64,000 nucleotides of DNA from Octopus vulgaris (taxonomy: Eukaryota). Shown in pieces: positions 38,815 through 52,930 of this stretch (the first letter of the stretch is position 1; every line of letters begins with the position of its first letter). The DNA lies in assembly GCA_951406725.2 (NCBI GenBank), contig OX597817.1:106082001-106146000 (forward strand), read 5' to 3'. A program made the translations under genes and the position numbers. The notes below the pieces were generated by a model. It saw nothing but the letters and a program-made list of their open reading frames with translations. It was not told the DNA's origin and searched no databases.

Positions 38815-39410
38815 ATTAGTTTTTTTAACCCAATAGCTTTTGCATACTATTATTTATAGCTTTATCTTTTGCATCGAGATCCATTGTTAAAAAAAAAATG
38901 AAAAATTATTTTACATTTTCTTGAAGTTTATAAATTCTTCTGCTGTTAGTACTAATTTTAAAAAAAATTATATCACTACCCCAACAACAAATTCTACCCA
39001 ATGATGAAACATGACTGATGTACATCAAATATGCAATGAATATTGATAAATCCAAGTAGCTTCACAGAGTTTATTGTATCCCCCAAAATAAAAACAAAAA
39101 CTGTTTTATTAAAATTTCATCTTGAGAATATTTCCAGGATGCAAATCTTTGTGAGAAATGACTACAATAACAACCACCATTTACATACTTACATGCATGC
39201 ATACATACAAACATACATACATACATACATACATACATACATACATACATACATACATACATACGTATGTATGTATATATGTGTGTGTGAGTGTGTGTGT
39301 ATATATGTATGTATGTATGTATGTTTGTATGTATGTATGTTTTTGTGTGCAGTATATATGTATATATGTATATATGTGGCTACCAAATAATTGTCACATA
39401 TTATATTTAC

Positions 39411-39454
<44 letters not shown>

Positions 39455-41457
39455 GTATGCATGTATATATGTGTGTGTGTAAATACATATATATGCGTGT
39501 ACATGTATGTATATATATATATGTATGTGTGTGTAAGGAGAGAGAAGAGTAGAAAGAGATATATACAATACTTTCACACACACAAACATACATACATACA
39601 TACATACATACATACACATGCCAATGCACATTCACATGAATTGCATCTGTCAAAACCATATGTATGTCTGAAGTAAGATATCGTGGCCATAGAAAAAGGA
39701 TAGCTGGAGGCCATAAGACATAAAGAACCAGCTCTCATTACTGTAGCTAACACAAATTGTAAAAGATGTTTGACTGAATTTCATATTAAGAAAGATGTAT
39801 TTGTGCATTATTTGTTTTCTTTGCATGATATCTAACCAATATTTCAAGAAAGTTTCACTATAGAAACAAGGCAAAATCAAGATTAGTTTATGCAACCTCA
39901 CTGTTGAGGTTACAAAAATGTCAAGGATTTTTGAGGTTACTACGTGTCAAGGATTTACAAATGGTGCTGTGGTTCAGATAGACAAGGCAGCTGCAAGAAT
40001 TAGCAGCTATCACAGATTTAGCAAATTGCACATCATTTCAGCACATCATTTCAGCACATTATTTCAGGGAAGAAGTTAATGGGGTTCTCGACAACATCTA
40101 TGAAGATAAAGCAATTTGATGAGAAAATAAAATTTATAGAAATTCATTTTGCTAATTCTAGTAACATATAAATACAACCACATAAAGATACATGCATACA
40201 GACTCTTTCTCTCCCCTTCTCTCTCTCTCTCATGCACACGCACATGCTAAATAATGGTTACTAATTTAAAGTAAGTTTAAGAATGACAATGGAACATTTA
40301 CTGATAGATGAATTCTCTAATGAGAGTCAAATTAATTATAATTAAAAATTTATACAGACTGGAATTTTAAAGTTTTACTTGATAGATTATTCAACTTGTC
40401 AATAGCTCAATAAGCTGTCTGGTGAAACTTAAAGTCTCAGTTAAAATGAATCTAAAGATTATACAACAATCAAAACAGTACTCATTAACTCTCTCTCTCT
40501 CTCTCTCACTTTTTCATGAGATTTCAGTTTTTACACCTTAAAACAATTGCATTAGCCTAATGGTGTGAAGAGAGACAATTGAGTGATAGAAGCTATTATG
40601 GAGCTTGATGTGGAGAATGGATTTTGTTAGGTTGAAATACTTTTTCATATTCATGTATAATGTGTTTCCATCCTCAGTGAATTTTCAATGGCAGGGGTTG
40701 AATTAACATACTTAACTGTCATAGATACGGAGGCTATGTAACAGTATGGCATATTCTAGCAGTATGCAAGTCTTCTTTGACAGAATATGTCTTGTGGTAT
40801 AACTAAGTATTGAACATCAATAGCAAGTTGCAACTGATTGTTTTCCATCGTGAAAGCAATAAAAAGTAATGCTTGAAATTAGACAAAGGAAAGCCAAGAC
40901 TCTGACTTCTGATTGGCGCTGGTGGCTAGAAGGTAACTAGTGGATCAGAAAGAAGTACTCATGTACTGAAGCCATATTGTGATCTGACATGGCAGAAAAA
41001 ATACTGATTATGAAAGTAATATGGAGTGAAGAGATGACTGGAGGTGCCAAAAATATAAGAAACCCAGGAATCATGAGCAGCACAAGGATTGTCAATCAGA
41101 TCCACAAAGTCCAGTCTGGTCAGAATTGGACTTAAGAGAACCAACAGAGTAGATTAAGGATTTGTGAAATGAAGAAGGCGATAGAGAAAGCTTCATCATG
41201 GATATGATAAGGCTTGAGAATGAAAATACAAATCTTCAGCAAGTATTAGAACAAAATAATTTTTGGGTGGCTACAATTATCCTTGATTTACATGAATGAT
41301 AGGAGAGGAAAAGCATGTTACATGTGGATCAAAAGGACTTTGATATTTTCTGGTAGTATCAATGCTACTCTAAAAGCATTGAAATAATTGTAATTGTGAT
41401 CACCAGTTGACAGCTGATGAATGGAATGTCTCACAGAGCATGCTGTTTATAAAATAA

Positions 41458-43136
41458 CTAGTAGAGATACCCGGCGTTGCCCGTGTTACATGCAATTGAA
41501 GAATTAAGCATTTTTGTTATATTTTTTCTAATGAACTGGAATACCTTTGATTCAAATTTCATCAACATTGCAGATGAGGGTTCTATCCCCTCTTCACACA
41601 CCCTAAAAAAATTCTAATTATGACACGTATCTCATTCTACTGATCTTTATGTGCATATTCCAAAATTCCAATCTTATGAAACCTGTTAAAAGGATTTTGC
41701 TCCTGAAAAATGGAGGTCATTCAGCTCTAAAATGTGAGAGTTAAGGCCCCTATTGGAGGTGAGTGTCTTAATGTGAACCAGAGAAGTTGAATTGTTGAGA
41801 ATCTTTTTAACTTGGTTCTTATATCTATTGTTTGAATTTCTTTGAAATAGGAAATATATGTATGTTCACTGGGTTTGTAAAAGAGAGCAAAGCTACAGGA
41901 AATCAAAAGACAAATGATCACAATAAGCAGTCAGTTACCCTACCCTAGTTGTTACCACTCCCAATGTAGGATTCCTTACCATACAGGTGACAGGCACAGC
42001 CGTAAGATGCATTACGGATCTATAGCAATTGGAAGGGCGTAACCCAGCTCAAATAAACATTAACAACTGTGTGACGTGAGGGCTAAGGAGAAATGAAAGT
42101 ATCACTTCTGGAGTTTGCAAACGACCACTATACTGATAGGCAACTGGACAGAATAAATTTACAATCTATAAATGTCTTTCAATAACCAGGAAGGCCTTGA
42201 AATCAATGTTACCATCGGGGGACTATGTGTGACCCAGTGATAATAAAAAGACTGAAAGGAGGTCTGCAATCAAATAACTTTACTCAACACTTGGCGACTG
42301 AATCAGTGGAGGCAAAGATGCCTCTCATTTACTTGACAATTTATGCAGCACATTGCAGAAATCACTATCTAAGTATATCTCAAAGAAAACTCTTACACTG
42401 TTGTACCATTGAATTACTAATAATACTCATCTTTTATGTTCGGGTGAGCCTACAGCTTCCAAGAGTACAACTGTATTCATCTTTGCTTAGATAAAATGAC
42501 TAAATTGTGGGTGTGAAGTCCCCATGAAGGGGTCTTTCTAACTTCTAAGAAGATGAAATTTTAGAAATATTACTTCATATGTGTCTAATATCTATGGTTA
42601 GAATGTCATCAACAGCCAAAATATATGAATTTTCATGGGGGTTATGGCCCTTATGCATAGAATATAATTTCCAAATTTCATAAAGATCCATTCAATACTT
42701 TTGACGTAGTTTTGAATCATAGAAAAATGACTAAAATTTGGGAGTTAAGGCCTCCATAAGGGGTTCTTAGAATCCTCATGAGAAGTGGAAACTTTGAGAA
42801 TACTTCTTGATGTGTGTCAATTACTCATGGTTGAAAATTCATCAACATTGAAAATTTATGAATTTTTATGAGGGGGTTCTGTTCCCTTTAAGCCATCTGA
42901 AATTCAAACTAAACATATTGCATTATACCTGCCCTTAAGCATTGAATATAAATTCCAAATATCATAAGGATCCATTCAGTAGTTTTGGTCCATGAAATTG
43001 TATGAAATACACAGCATAATCCTTCTCTCTAGGCTTGGATTTTGAGCTCCAAATTTCATCAGGATCGGTGCAGTTGTTTTTGAATGTATAAGTAACACAC
43101 GAACACACATAAAGACATTGACTTTTATATAATAGA
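41458..43136 (-). mobile_element. non-autonomous Helitron, complete termini
   Basis: Minus strand: A|TCTATTATATAAAAG at 43136, 3' hairpin cgggcaacgccggg, then CTAG|T at 41458. Internal subterminal repeats ccaaatttcat..atccattca. Confidence 0.85.
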
Positions 43137-43177
43137 TATGAAAATGCACATATACATACATGTATATATGTGTGTGA

Positions 43178-43223
<46 letters not shown>

Positions 43224-43469
43224 CACACAAAAAGATAGATTGATAGATTCAACTGAGTGGGCAAACAAAAATATGATACATTGCCTAGTGCATTTTTTTT
43301 TATTTTGATATATGCCTGGTACTTATTCTATCAGTTTCTTTTTGTCAAACCAGTAAGTTATGGGGATGTAAATAAACGAACAGCAGTTGTGAAGCAGTAG
43401 TGAGGGAGAAACACAGAGACAAAGACACACACATACACTTACATTTATACATACACATATATAATGTAG

Positions 43470-44500
43470 AGTTTTTCTTTTCAGGGTGGGGGCGAAAATA
43501 AAACGAAAAAAGTTTAATAGAGGCAACAATCAAAAGGGATTGAAATCATTTGGGATATACAAAAGTCGAAATAGTAAAAAATAAAACATAGTTCCCAAAG
43601 GTGGGCAGGTTTATTCGTGGGAAGGTTTATTCACGGTAACCTCGGACAATAATGTCATTCAAAAACAAAAACACATTTACAGTTAGTAACTCTCTTTTTT
43701 TGTCTGTTTTTCTGGTTCGTAGGATTATGTTCAAGGTGGTTCCATCATTCACACGTGCCATCTTGTTACATTCACCCATCTTTTATCTGCTGCATGCCAT
43801 GGGCTTGCTTCTCCAGGTGCCAAGCCACAAGCCCACTGACTTTTCCCGGTTGGATTTTGCTCCTGTTACTGCTTCATAGTCCTTTAGTGTCTTGCCAACC
43901 AGCTCAATGTGGTCGTGACTAAACACTATGATGGTGACGTCGTCCATGTATGCGGACATGCTCATCCTGCATCCCAATTATCACAGGATGCCCCTCAGCA
44001 TCACCAGCTTCTGCAGTAGTGGCTCAAGAGTCAATACATACAGAAGCAATGAGAGGGGGCATCCCTGGCAGACTGAATGAATGCAATGTCGAAAGGTCTC
44101 GATAGATGCCGATTCATGCAAATTACCGAACAGATGCCTCTGTACAAGGCACCCTTTGTGTTTGGCACTGAAGAGTTGGTCAAGTGCCAACCTCACTGCC
44201 AATACATCAGATGCGATGCCACTTCTAATCACCTCTTCTAGTTTCTTAACTTGGTCACCCTCTATTTTGTTTCTATCTATCGCTAGCACTTTGCTATACC
44301 TAATTGATTTGGCTTTTATTGCTCTCTTGAGGGCAAACCACCATTTGTTGTCTTTACTAGCATGCTAATCCGGTCTCTGAAAACCTGTCTCAAAGGGTCC
44401 AGTTTCCAGTAGCTGGAACCCTACCTATGTGCCTTATCTAAGTCTAGCGTGCAAGTCACAAGTTTGGGATCCATGTAGCTGACTATGTGGAATTGTGGAC
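43470..44500 (-). mobile_element. Tx1/L1-clade LINE remnant with internal deletions
   Basis: Translates as SVCQGCPLSLLLYVLTLEPLL and SAYMDDVTI...YEAVTGAKSNREKSVGL. Confidence 0.85.
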
Positions 44501-44697
44501 ACCTTATGCTATCTCTATCTACTGTCCTACACAGTATTCTATCTAGATATGATCTCAACAACCCAATGCAATTGCTCCATGTCCATGTTGGCACATTCAG
44601 GTGGTCAAGTCAGAACCTGTCAGACAGTTGAAAGAGTCTGAGCAGGCCCATCCATCCAGGAAGTAGGCAGGCAGATAGACAGACAGATAGGCAGGCG

Positions 44698-44760
<63 letters not shown>

Positions 44761-44832
44761 GGATAGATGGATAGATAGATAGATAGATAGATAGATAGAA
44801 GGTAGGGTGCATGTGTTTCTGTGTATGTGTGT

Positions 44833-44908
<76 letters not shown>

Positions 44909-45744
44909 ATACTTATGTACATACCAGTCCAGAATGGTGGCTTGATGGAATTGTAAGAATGGCAGATTGAATGTCACATGGCATCAGTGCTGGCTCTTTT
45001 CATTCTGATGGCAAATGATGACACCAATGTCAAACTCTATCAGTGTTACCTTGAAAAACATCAGTGGCATTAGGAAGAGAGATTTGGATGCATGAGTAAC
45101 AGCTAATCTTTCACAAAAACAAAAAAAAGAAATCTGTCAAAATCTACACCTTGTCAAAATCTCCAGGTTCAGATACACAGACCTCTTTAACACATGACTT
45201 GTATTTGTGTATTGCATTATATATACAAGTTGTATTATGATCAAAGAAATATCACAAAGAGTATTCAATACATATTGTAGAGTGGGCTATATTTATTATA
45301 ACATAATAGTTAAAACTGACTACTATTCTATTACTAATTGATTATTATTCTATTAAATTCCAAGCTTAAAGGCAATCTTTGGATGGTATTTCAGCAACGA
45401 AGCACTTCAAATGTTAAAATTACTTTATTTTATAAATGCAGTTGGCATATGGTAAACATTAGATTGGACTTCATTGACATAGTATTACATAATATGAAAT
45501 AAAATAATGAGCAAGGACAGCTGTCATCATAAAATTCAAGTGGCTGTAGCACAGCAGTAAATATCAAAGAGTACCTTAACAACAAAATTCTACAATACAA
45601 AATATTTAAGAATGACATCTCTGAAGATTATATTGTGAATATCCTGTTTTATACACTCTATTGTATAAAACTTCCAGATGATGTTGCATTTTTTCAAATG
45701 TATATGAGTGTATATGAGTACATATGACATATCTGAAGTTTTTT

Positions 45745-45942
45745 TTTCTTGTTTCAGTCATTTGACTGCGGCCATTATGGAGCACCACCTTTAGTCAACC
45801 AAATCGACCCCAGGACTTATTCTTTGTAAGCCCAGTACTTATTCTATCGGTCTCTTTTGCTGAACCGCTAAGTGACGGGGACGTAAACACACCAGCATTG
45901 GTTGTCAACCAATGCTAGGGAGACAAACACAGACACACAAAC

Positions 45943-46010
<68 letters not shown>

Positions 46011-46425
46011 ATCAATTAATATTAGGGTAGCAAAAAAATTCAATAGAAATTATTTTGCCACCAGCGGTCTAGTGAGAAAAAGGAAATAGTCAGAGACTAT
46101 TAATGAATTCAACAACAACAGGGTAAATGTTTTTTAATTTTTCCTCTGTTTCCGGAATTACTACTATTTGCGGTTGAAGCCCTGGCTGCTTTTTCTAGTG
46201 GGTCAAACGGCCTATTATGGCCGTTCCTCAATTAGTTGTTATATATATATATACATATATACAACAGGCTTCTTTCAGTTTCCGTCTACCAAATCCACTC
46301 ACAAGGCATTAGTCGGCTCGGGGCTATAGTAGAAGACACTTGCCCAAGATGCCATGCAGTGGGACTGAACCTGGAACCATGTGGTTGGTTAGCAAGCTAC
46401 TTACCACACAGCCATTCCTGCGCCT
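45745..46425 (-). mobile_element. SINE family S1, full length, with an insertion in its central (TA)n
   Basis: The 3' half is 45745-45950 and the 5' half 46262-46425. An unrelated segment at 46008-46238 lies inside the microsatellite. Confidence 0.88.
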
Positions 46426-46446
46426 ATATATATATATATCTATTTA

Positions 46447-48258
46447 TCATCATCATTGTTTAACATCTGCTTTCTGTGCTGGCATGGGTTGGACAGTTTG
46501 ACTGAGGGCTGGCAAGCCAGAAGGCTGCACCAGGCTCCAATCCAATCTGGCAAAGTTTCTACAACTGGATACCTTCCTAATGCCAACCACTCCAAGAGGG
46601 TGCTTTTTACTTGCCACTGGCACAAGGCCCAGTCGGGCAATACTGGCATCGGCCACACTTGGATGGTGCTTTTTATGTGCCACCAGCACGGGAGCCAGTC
46701 AAGCAGCACTGGCAATGACCATGCTCGAATGGTACTTTTTACATGCCACCGGCACATGCCAATTAAGCAGTACTGTCATCAACCACGACAACAACTTCAC
46801 TTGGTTCAACAGGTCTTCACAAGTGCAGTTTATTGCCCAATGATTGAAGGGTACTCTTAAATGGGCTGATTATGCGGCACTGGCATAGGCCAGGGTTACG
46901 GTCTCACTTGGCTTTCTGGGTCTTCTCAAGCATAGCATATCTCCAAAGGTCTCGGTCACTAGTCATCGTCTCAGTGAGGCCCAACATTCAAAGTTCATGC
47001 TTCAACACCTCATCCCAGGTCTTCCTGGTTCACTCTACAGCTAGGGTGTGACAATTTTTCACACAGCTGTCCTTATCCATACACAACACATGACCATACC
47101 AGTACAGTTGTCTCTCTTGCACACCACATCTAATGCTTCATATGTTCAACTTTTCTCTCGGGGCACTTACACTCTGTCGTATATGCACACTGACATTACA
47201 TATCCAGTGGAGCATACTAGCTTCATTCCTTGCAAGCTTATGCATGTCCTCAGCAGTCATGGCCCATGTTTCACTGCCATGTAGCATGGCTGTTTGCACT
47301 CATGTGTCATACAGTCTACCTTTTATTCTGAGCGAGAGGCTCTTTGACACCAGCTGAGGCAGGAGTTCTCTGAACTTTGCCCAGGCTATTCTTTTCTAGC
47401 AGCTACACTCTCAGAGCACACCCCCCCCCCCACTACTGACTTGGTCACCTAGGTAACAGAAGCTATCAACTACTTCTATTTTTTCCTCCTGGAATGTAAC
47501 AGAAGTTGTTTTCCGCACATTTTCAATGTTTATAGCACCTGAGAATTTGCCACACACAAAGACTATCTTTCCAGTTAGCCTCCCTTTGATATTGCTGCAC
47601 CTCTTATGTGTCCATAGCTTACACCGGGTACATCTTATGGAGTTTCTACCTGCACCTTTTCTACAAATCAAGCAAGGCCATCTACCTGAAGGGATTTGTG
47701 GTTTGTCTGCCTTCCTACTTATTAAGACTTTGGTTTTTGCTACATTGACTCTAAGGCCCTTCAATTCTAGACCTTGCTTTCACACCTGAAACTTCTCCTC
47801 TAGTTTTGATAGTGGCTCACCTTTTAGAGCAAGGTCATCAGTATAAAGAAGCTCCCAGAGGCATCCTATCTTGAATTCCTCTGTTATTGCCTGGAGGACT
47901 ATGATGAATAAGAGGGGGCTGAGGACTGATCCTTGGTGGACCCCTACTCCTACCCGGAATTCTTCATTGTCCTCATTGCCAACCCTCACTTTACTGACAG
48001 CATCCCTGTACATGGCTTATATAACTCTCAATAACCACTCATCCATCCCTAGTTTCTGCATTGACCGCCAGATAAGGGATCGGAGGACCTCGTCAAAGAC
48101 TTACTTCATGTCAGCGAAAGCCAGTACAGAGATTTATCTTTAGCTAGGTATTTCTCCTGCAGCTGTCTTGCCAGAAATATAGCATCAGTGGTGCTTTTCC
48201 CTAGCACAAACCCAAACTGCATCTTGTCTTGATTGACTCTCTCCCTAATTAGTTGGGC
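46447..48258 (-). mobile_element. RTE-clade LINE, 5'-truncated, decayed RT
   Basis: Motifs QFGF..KSTTDAIFLARQLQEKY, GVHQGSVLSPLLF, ELLYTDDL, GLRVNVAKTK and the Zn-finger WPCLIC...CTRCKLWTHKRC, with a 3'UTR and (GAT)n tail. Confidence 0.95.
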
Positions 48259-48307
<49 letters not shown>

Positions 48308-48450
48308 AAATAGGAAAAATAATGATGAGAGACAAAAGATGGGTTACTGAAATACATTCTATTGTAAAATTATTATGTGCACAAAATCATGTACTAAATA
48401 TATATATATAAATATATAAATACACTTACAAATATATTAAAAATACATTT

Positions 48451-48494
<44 letters not shown>

Positions 48495-49605
48495 TATGTT
48501 AAGAATATATTAAGAACATACAATATATAGTCCTACTTACGATAAAAATGATATTAGAATTATATACACAGAATTGGTGGTGTGTAGAGAATATTGTAAA
48601 TCCATATAGTGGCTTATAGTTTGTTAAAATCTGATGGTCATTTCTGGGGGCATAGTGGTACAAAGATGTAATAGAATTTAAGATCTATTAATTTAATATC
48701 ACTGCCTCCTTCTTCGGGGAATTTTCTAACTGGTAAGGCTATATTTGTTATGCACTATGGTAATTTGCTGCAGCACAAGTATTATTCCATTTTCAATAAA
48801 TCTTCAATAAAAATATCTTACTCTACCATACCTGACCTCGGATGTATCATAGCCACTCTTAATAGTTGCAAACTCAGAGGCAAGTTGATTGAATGCATAA
48901 ATCCTTATATAGCACCCCAAACGAACTCTGACATTGATATTACAACAACCACTTACAACTCTTCTATGCTAGGTAATTCTAAAAGAATAACAGTATCTCG
49001 CAACCTGGATTACCAAATAATGCACACCAGTTCCAACAGAACCATCCAGTTCAACTGTGTTATAAACTCTGGCTTAGACCCACCCTTACCAGCAACATGT
49101 CAACCTAGATTAACCTCACTAGGATGACACTCTAACTATCATACAAACAAAAAATCCTGAAATTGTCATGCATCCAATTTATGCCCTCTTGAAGGCTTTA
49201 CTTACGCAAAAATGTAATATACAAATGCACCGTGTTGACACCCCGCAACCAGAAAACAGTGATATATATTGGGAGCACAGTAGACTTTGAGTGTAGATAT
49301 TATGCACATATTAATTCTTTTATTAATCTTAAAACCAAATTTCTACTTCTTTAGCTACGTATATCCATAGTCTCAAAATGCAAAATATTCAGTATAAATT
49401 ATCTTGGCCAATAGTAACAGAAGCCCCCACCTTACAATTCATATATCTGTAAATGTAATCTTTGTATTAGGGAATCCTTAACCATTCTGCATATGCACAA
49501 TTCTTCAGTATTAAATAGGTTTTCAGATGTCAACTTCTCCTGTAGCCATAGGTATTATTCGAACCCTAGATATTTGGTTAACTGTTCATAACTGCTCAAT
49601 AAATT

Positions 49606-49826
49606 TTTCTTTTCTACTCTAGGCACAAGGCTTGAAATTTTGGGGGAGGGGGCCAGTCGATTAGATCGACCTCATTATGCAACTGGTACTTAATTTATCG
49701 ACTCTGAAAGGATGAAAGGCAAAGTCAACCTCAACGGAATTTGAACTCAGGACGTAAAGATAGATGAAATACCGCTAAGCATTTTGTGCAGTGTTCTAAT
49801 GTTTCTGCCAGTTTGCCACCTTTACA
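49606..49826 (-). mobile_element. SINE family S3 inserted in the Neptune element
   Basis: TSD caataaatt (49597-49605 and 49827-49835) and the core gcctttcatcctttc..gtcgataaattaagtaccag. Confidence 0.88.
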
Positions 49827-50061
49827 CAATAAATTATTATTCCATTAAATCTGAAATGTAAAAACTTGGTTTATGCCATCTCCTCCAATCCTACACCTCT
49901 AACATTATTAATAGCTTCATCTCCATAGTAGTATATTCTCCCCTCCTACTGCTGTATAAAAAAAGACAGCCATCCACCATAATAATAAGTACATTTCTTT
50001 ATAAAGGTTGTCAGCACCGAATTCCACCATAGTGCATAACAAATATAGCTTTACCAGTTGG

Positions 50062-50161
50062 AAAATTCCCCGAAGAAGGAGGCAATGATATTAAATTAAT
50101 AGATCTTAGATTCTATTACATCTTTGCACCACTATGCCCCCAGAAACAGCCATCAGATTTT
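50062..50161 (+). ncRNA. hammerhead-like motif in Neptune pseudo-LTR (inverted copy at 48626-48725)
   Basis: CCGAAGA-a-ggaggca...tgccccc-a-GAAAC-AGCC-ATC. The other arm reads GAAAT-GACC-ATC, implying an ancestral GAAAC-GGCC. Confidence 0.6.
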
Positions 50162-50346
50162 AACGAACTATAAACCTCTATATGAATCTATAATATTCTC
50201 TACACGTCACCAATTCTTTGTATATAATTTTAATATCATTTTTATTATAAGTAGGACTATATATTGTATGTTCTTAATATATCCTTAGCATATTTATATA
50301 TTTATATCTATATACTTTTAATATATTCTTAATATATTTGTAAGTG

Positions 50347-50382
<36 letters not shown>

Positions 50383-50594
50383 GTACATGATTTTGTGCAC
50401 ATAATAATTTTACAACAGAATATATTTTAGTAACCTATCTTCTTTCTATCATCATTATTTTTCCTATTTTCCTATGGCTCAAATATACTGAGCACTTTAA
50501 TGTGTCTTGTATATAGAGAAAATTCTACCTCTTGAAAATAAAATATATATATGTATGTATAATTACATATATATATATGTATGTATGTTTGTAT

Positions 50595-51015
50595 ATGTTT
50601 CAGTCATTAGACTGTGGTCATGCTGAGGCACTACCTTGAAGAATTTTTAGTCAACTGAATCAACTCTAGTACTTCTTTTTAAAAATACCTGGTACTTATT
50701 CTTTCAGTTTCTATTGTTGGACCACTAAGTTACATGGATGTAAACACACCAATACCAGTTGTCTAACAGTGGTGGGGGACAAACACAGACACATACAGAC
50801 AGACAGACAGACACACACACACACACACACATATATGTATTTATACGACTGGCTTTTTTCGGTCTCCATCTACCAAATCCACTCACAAAGCTTTGTTTGG
50901 CCCAAGGCCATAGTACTATAGCAGGCACTTGCCCAAGATGACAAGCAGTGGGACTGAACCTGGAACAATGTAGTTGGGAAGCAAGCTTCTTACCACACAG
51001 TCATGCCAGCACCTA
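50595..51015 (-). mobile_element. SINE family S1, full length
   Basis: tRNA head, ttgggcaagtg core, central microsatellite and 3' ..gactgaaac tail. Confidence 0.88.
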
Positions 51016-51699
51016 TATGAGTATTGACTGACTTTAGTCAAACCTTCAGTCAGACCCAAACACAGTCTTAAACTAATACACAAACTACGCATCTCATTCT
51101 TCTCTGACACACCTTTCTTGTTGTCTGATAATAACTCCTCTCTACTTTCCAGTGTATACTCTTCTACCTACCAGCAGTTGTTTGATTTACCAGTCAATAA
51201 TAATTTTATCACAAAAATATTTTGCTGTGTTTAGTGAGTCTAAATATGAAATCAGATATTTTGTGTGGGGTTTTATTTTCTGGTGATATTGTGTTAATTT
51301 TTTTTCACTAGGACTTTAGCATAATCACTGGATAAAAAAGGGTAATATATAAATTAATATAACTATAATTAATTATATTTGTATTGCTATATATGTTGTG
51401 TAAATTTTTATATAAATCAAGTGCAATCTATTCTGTTGCAAAGAAATTTCCAGTAATATTGACAGGATAAATTTAATCAGGGCAGCAAGTTGAAATAGGT
51501 TTAGATCTGTTCAAGCATGAGCCAAGTATCTGTGTGTTGAGCAGCTCAAAGTCACTCTGCTTGTAAAGACTACAGTGTAAAATTCAAATTAATAGATAGC
51601 GTGTATTGTGTCTTGTTGATTTTACACTAGCATATTCATGTAAGTGCTTTGTAATGCCATGAAATTGTTTGAATTATCCTTATTCCACCTGCCAGGTAT

Positions 51700-52802
51700 G
51701 TAATAATCTCTCTAAAATCCCAGAAATGTAATTGTTATGTTATTAGTAAAAGAAATGCTATGAACTCTATTTTTAGATCTAAAGAGGGTGATCAGGTCAA
51801 GAATTGAGTCCCTCACATTTTAAGTAGAGGACATGCAAGATCACTAATAGGATGGCTAAATGGTTCATGTCATATGCTATTTGCTATTCAACTGATTCGG
51901 AGGAGACATAACAACCACAATCACACTGTTATTTCTGTTTTGACCCTGCTAAAACCAAAGAGCTTAATTAAATACCCTAATCTATAAATATTTTAAACAG
52001 TTTACATGTTGACCCTGATAAAGTCTTCCTTCCTCCTTTTGCAATCAAATCTGGATTGAAGAAAAATTTTGGTAAAGCTACAGATAAATTTACAACCTAG
52101 ATTCAAATACTTGAACAATTAGCTTCCTTGGATCAATGATACCAAACTTAAAAATGGCATTTTTGTTTGTCCTCAGACTAGAGAATTGTCAGGAGATTAA
52201 AGATGTAAAAGAGATTTGACTCCAAGTTGAGAAAGTTGGATTGCAAAATTTCAAAAGTTTTTGTGCTAACTTTTTGAGAAATTACAAGGCAGAATACTAA
52301 GCGGTGAGCTGGCAGAATCGCTAGCATGCCGGGCGAAATGCTTAGCAGTATTTCATCTGTCTTTACGTTCTGAGTTCAAATTCCACTGAGGTTGACTTTG
52401 CCTTTCATCCTTTCGGGGGTCGATAAATTAAATACCAGTTACACACTGGGGTCGATGTAATCGACTTAATCCCTTTGTCTGTCCTTGTTTGTCCCCTCCA
52501 TGTTTAGCCCCTTGTGGGAAATAAAGAAATAAGAATACTAATCTGAAATTGTAGATGACCTTCTTAAGTCTTACCAACTAATGGGGTGAAATATTTTGTT
52601 TCTTGGACTCTAACCTTTTTCCAGAAAATTTGAGTGTGGTAAGCAGCAAACATGGTGCATTTTTTTCATTAAAATATTTCTATCATGGAAAAGTGTTACG
52701 AAAGAAACAGGAGACCCATTATGCTTGCTGAATACTGCTGGAGTCTTAAGAATGACATGTTTGAGGAAAAGTATCACAGAAAATCAAATCCAACTACTTT
52801 TT

Positions 52803-52835
<33 letters not shown>

Positions 52836-52930
52836 CTTTCCAAACCTATTTTAATAAATGCGTAACCATTTGGCAGAATCTTTAAAAAACTACATTCTAC
52901 AGAAAAAGGTGACCTGATAGAGAAATGCTT
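51700..52930 (+). mobile_element. Chapaev3-like (CMC) transposase remnant
   Basis: Translates as GDQ..PH..GWLNG..FAI..NH..CYFC; VDPDKVFLPP..IKSGL.KNF.KA; FLDS..FPENL.VVS..HG; MEKCY..MLAEYCWSL. The family assignment comes from motif recall. Confidence 0.7.
52301..52531 (+). mobile_element. SINE family S3, full length, young
   Basis: 10-bp TSD agaatactaa (52291-52300 and 52532-52541), with A/B boxes and a Nin-like domain. Confidence 0.92.

Larger units (their letters stand above)
48308..50469 (+). mobile_element. Neptune-type Penelope-like element, 3' part, flanked by ~460-bp inverted pseudo-LTRs
   Basis: Translates as IFNKSSIKISYS; CPL..KNVIYKC..IYIGST..STSLATYIH..CNLCIRE..CSH. Arms are 48308-48770 and 50012-50469. 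Confidence 0.87.

Noticed and set aside
40700-41420. Coding-like purine-rich segment
   Set aside because: Stops in all frames and no motif I can assign; probably an ancient TE remnant.
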